Origin: Hydrurus foetidus
Taxonomy: Eukaryota
Assembly (NCBI GenBank): GCA_900617105.1
Contig: UYFQ01000222.1
Span: forward strand, 1 to 38,202
Direction: 5' to 3'
DNA: 38,202 nt
Shown: positions 36,401-38,202 of the stretch, piece by piece
Layout of the letters: every line of letters starts with the position of its first letter
How positions within the stretch are numbered: the first letter of the stretch is position 1
The notes under the pieces: model-generated
The model's input: only the letters and a program-made list of their open reading frames with translations
The model's database searches: none
What the model was told of the DNA's origin: nothing
Made by a program: the position numbers and the translations under genes

Positions 36401-38202
36401 TGGAGCTTGGGCTCCCACTCCCGTCGCACTCGAGCTCGGCGTCGATGTCGCACTCGGCGTCGTTGTCGCACTCCCACTCGCACTGGGCGTCGATGTAGGC
36501 GTCGGATGACGATGATGGTGCCGGTGACATTGACATTGACGATGACGGACTGGAGCTTGGGCTTGGGCTCCCACTCGGCGTCGCACTCGCACTCGGCGTC
36601 GCACTCCCACTCGCACTGGGCGTCGATGTAGGCACGTCGGATGACGATGATGGTGCCGGTGACATTGACATTGACATTGACGATGACGGACTGGAGCTTG
36701 GGCTTGGGCTTGAGCTTGGACTTGGGCTCCCACTCCCACTCGGCGTCGCACTCGCACTCGGCGTCGCACTCGAGTCGCACTGACACTCGCACTCGGCGTC
36801 GATGTCGCACTCCCACTCGCACTGGGCGTCGATGTAGGCACGTCGGATGACGATGACGATGATGGTGCCGGTGACATTGACATTGACGATGACGGACTGG
36901 AGCTTGGGCTTGGGCTTGGACTCCCACTCCCACTCCCACTCGGCGTCGCACTCGCACTCGGCGTCGTTGTCGCACTCCCACTCGCACTGGGCGTCGATGT
37001 AGGCACGTCGGATGACGATGATGGTGCCGGTGACATTGACATTGACGATGACGGACTGGAGCTTGGGCTTGGGCTCCCACTCGGCGTCGCACTCGCACTC
37101 GCACTCCCACTCGCACTGGGCGTCGATGTAGGCACGTCGGATGACGATGATGGTGCCGGTGACATTGACATGGCGATGACGGACTGGAGCTTGGGCTTGC
37201 ACTCCCACTCCCACTCCCACTCGGCGTCGCACTCGCACTCCCACTCGCACTCGGCCTCGCACTCGCACTGGGCGTCGATGTAGGCACGTCGGATGACGAT
37301 GATGGTGCCGGTGACATTGACATTGACGATGACGGACTGGAGCTTGGGCTTGGGCTCCCACTCGGCGTCGCACTCGGCGTCGTTGTCGCACTCGCACTCC
37401 CACTCGCACTGGGCGTCGATGCAGGCACGTCGGATGACGATGATGGTGCCGGTGACATTGACATTGACGATGACGGACTGGAGCTTGGGCTTGGGCTCCC
37501 ACTCCCACTCCCACTCGGCGTCGCACTCGCACTCGGCGTCGTTGTCGCACTCGCACTCGCACTGGGCGTCGATGTAGGCACGTCGGATGACGATGATGGT
37601 GCCGGTGACATTGACATTGACGATGACGGACTGGAGCTTGGGCTTGGGCTTGGACTCCCACTCCCACTCGGCGTCGCACTCGCACTCGCACTCGCACTTG
37701 CACTCGCACTGGGCGTCGATGTAGGCACGTCGGATGACGATGATGGTGCCGGTGACATTGACATTGACGATGACGGACTGGAGCTTGGGCTTGGGCTCCC
37801 ACTCGGCGTCGCACTCGCACTCCCAATCGTACTGGGCGTCGATGTAGGCACATCTGATGGTGACGATGACGGACTAGAGCTTGGACTCGCACTCCCAATC
37901 GTACTGGGCGTCGATGTAGGCACATCTGATGGTGACGATGACGGACTAGAGCTTGGACTCGCACTCCCAATCGTACTGGGCGTCGATGTAGGCACATCTG
38001 ATGGTGACGATGACGGACTAGAGCTTGGACTCGCACTCCCAATCGTACTGGGCGTCGATGTAGGCACATCTGATGGTGACGATGACGGACTAGAGCTTGG
38101 ACTCGCACTCCCAATCGTACTGGGCGTCGATGTAGGCACATCTGATGGTGACGATGACGGACTAGAGCTTGGACTCACACTCCCAATCGTACTGGGCGTC
38201 GA
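2124..38202 (-). CDS. Giant polycystin-1/REJ-like multi-pass membrane protein with a very long Ser/Pro-rich mucin-like N-terminal stalk (whole gene, 5'-partial, 10 visible exons)
   Basis: Consecutive minus-strand ORFs join in frame through nine GT-AG introns: 9434-9549, 8355-8503, 8125-8236, 7818-7956, 7562-7642, 7158-7260, 5368-5528, 4529-4766, 3465-3683. All phases are consistent. REJ-type motifs, EGF-like Cys patterns, a GPS-like motif and hydrophobic TM segments occur in polycystin order. No start codon or signal peptide is visible in the window. Confidence 0.85.
3684..4528 (-). CDS. Exon 9: TM4-TM5 region
   Basis: Acceptor GTACAG|CT, donor CAG|GTCAGT. Contains WPVYLLSWLFVSGSMVFFIYWIFAWGV...AW. 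Confidence 0.85.
4767..5367 (-). CDS. Exon 8: Cys loop, TM3, disordered cytoplasmic loop
   Basis: Acceptor ATACAG|AGC, donor ACTG|GTAAGG. Hydrophobic segment LVFTITVALLTMLASIPIGLLL. Confidence 0.82.
5529..7157 (-). CDS. Exon 7: GAIN/GPS-like region, TM1, cytoplasmic loop, TM2
   Basis: Acceptor TACTAACAG|GTC, donor GAG|GTGAGA, 1629 bp. Contains QWSSNPY, PACTIYDG..PCNECNISSYTNLNVIYSC, TM IILAFMGTLCSTIILILLLLL, and HDYFKMF...RSIRFLDLVALVLVSLFVDTLFFGIFF. Confidence 0.85.
7261..7561 (-). CDS. Exon 6: helical region, probable GAIN subdomain A-like
   Basis: Acceptor TTACAG|G, donor GCG|GTAAGA, 301 bp. The domain call rests on position only. Confidence 0.75.
7643..7817 (-). CDS. Exon 5: EGF-like domain (CSGNGAC...CVCRPGFGGKDC)
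   Basis: Acceptor TCACAG|AC, donor AG|GTGCGT. EGF C-terminal signature CxCxxGFxGxxC. Confidence 0.82.
7957..8124 (-). CDS. Exon 4: Cys-rich/EGF-like (GIVGDSNVPC...CVENNDCLYGLCTNKACVTPTLRCP)
   Basis: Pyrimidine tract plus CCACAG|GC acceptor. Donor CCAG|GTTTGA. 168 bp, phase 1/1. Confidence 0.8.
8237..8354 (-). CDS. Exon 3: Cys-rich module (VNCTQSPDCTAVNRNFCYRTAGTCSKCLPGYTG)
   Basis: Not in the ORF track. Acceptor CCCTAG|GTC, donor ACGG|GTATGT, 118 bp. Phases fit both neighbouring exons. Confidence 0.85.
8504..9433 (-). CDS. Exon 2: REJ domain C-terminal part
   Basis: Acceptor CAG|TGG joins LYK|WFC, giving the REJ YxWxC motif. Contains NMPPAGGYISTSPKSGDALMTDF...DWTSDAGSLPLSYSF, a typical REJ-end motif. 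Donor AAC|GTAAGT. 930 bp, phase 0/0. Confidence 0.85.
9550..38202 (-). CDS. Exon 1 (visible, partial): repeat stalk followed by FN3-like, PKD/Ig-like and first REJ modules
   Basis: The S/P/A frame of the array runs without a break from ~13930 into unique sequence (ORF 9514..13860): LTIKDLNAVTAYLVYCYAE (FN3-like), LTLDPTSSYGGGGRP, YMWTV, LVLDASASRD. It ends at donor AAG|GTCAGT (9550/9549). Upstream of ~13930 the frame is broken by scattered small indels, probably sequencing errors. Confidence 0.75.
11425..37820. repeat. Coding compound minisatellite, about 190-200 units of ~105-170 bp (count estimated from spacing), encoding SPSSSMSMSPAPSSSSDVPTSTP(SA)nTP(SG)n(SP)n on the minus strand
   Basis: Near-invariant core CTGGGCGTCGATGTAGGCACGTCGGATGACGATGATGGTGCCGGTGACATTGACATTGACGATGACGGACTRGAGCTT, followed by variable numbers of GGGCTT, CTCCCA and CTCGCA hexamers and CTCGGCGTCGCA 12-mers. 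Confidence 0.97.
37812..38202. repeat. Near-perfect 72-bp tandem repeat (>5 copies, runs off window) encoding SPSSSPSSSPSDVPTSTPSTIGSA
   Basis: ACTGGG recurs at 37831, 37903, 37975, 38047, 38119 and 38191, a period of 72 bp. One G>A variant near 38177. Confidence 0.95.

Noticed and set aside
11455..37800. (GGGCTT)n as telomeric or interstitial telomere repeats
   Set aside because: Only 1-4 copies per unit, embedded in coding units and explained as Ser-Pro codons.
11425..37820. CRISPR-like array (constant repeat with variable spacers)
   Set aside because: The 'spacers' are only permutations of the same hexamers, the core is ~75 bp, no cas genes are present, the context is intron-containing eukaryotic DNA, and the array is in frame with a protein.
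11316..38141. Long Arg/Val/His, Glu/Cys/Trp and plus-strand Asp/Leu ORFs as separate genes
   Set aside because: They are alternative frames of the same repeat, and the chimeric translations arise at indels. Only the S/P/A frame continues into unique folded domains.
11425..38202. Non-coding centromeric satellite
   Set aside because: Triplet-preserving length variation, mostly synonymous variants and a seamless in-frame junction with the REJ exon favour a coding repeat.

Overview
Eukaryotic genomic DNA with GT-AG introns. The protein style suggests a stramenopile, possibly a chrysophyte-like ochrophyte (inference only). The window holds two minus-strand genes. (1) A giant, 5'-incomplete, polycystin-1/REJ-like membrane protein gene, with 10 exons traceable from >38202 to the stop at 2124. 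Its first visible exon (9550..>38202, >28.6 kb) contains a ~26.8 kb tandem array encoding a Ser/Pro/Ala/Thr/Gly/Met mucin-like stalk: about 190-200 variable units built from hexamer microsatellites, then a 72-bp sub-array. The stalk is followed by FN3/PKD-like and REJ modules, Cys-rich EGF-like modules, a degenerate GPS-like motif, about 8 TM helices and a basic tail. The visible part is about 11,600 codons if the frameshifts inside the array are assembly errors. (2) Downstream on the same strand, an ORF missing from the ORF track (875..<1) encodes a secretory-pathway glycosyltransferase of the PLOD/lysyl-hydroxylase-3 N-terminal GT type. The many long Arg/Val, Asp/Leu and Glu/Cys ORFs over the array are alternative frames of the same repeat.
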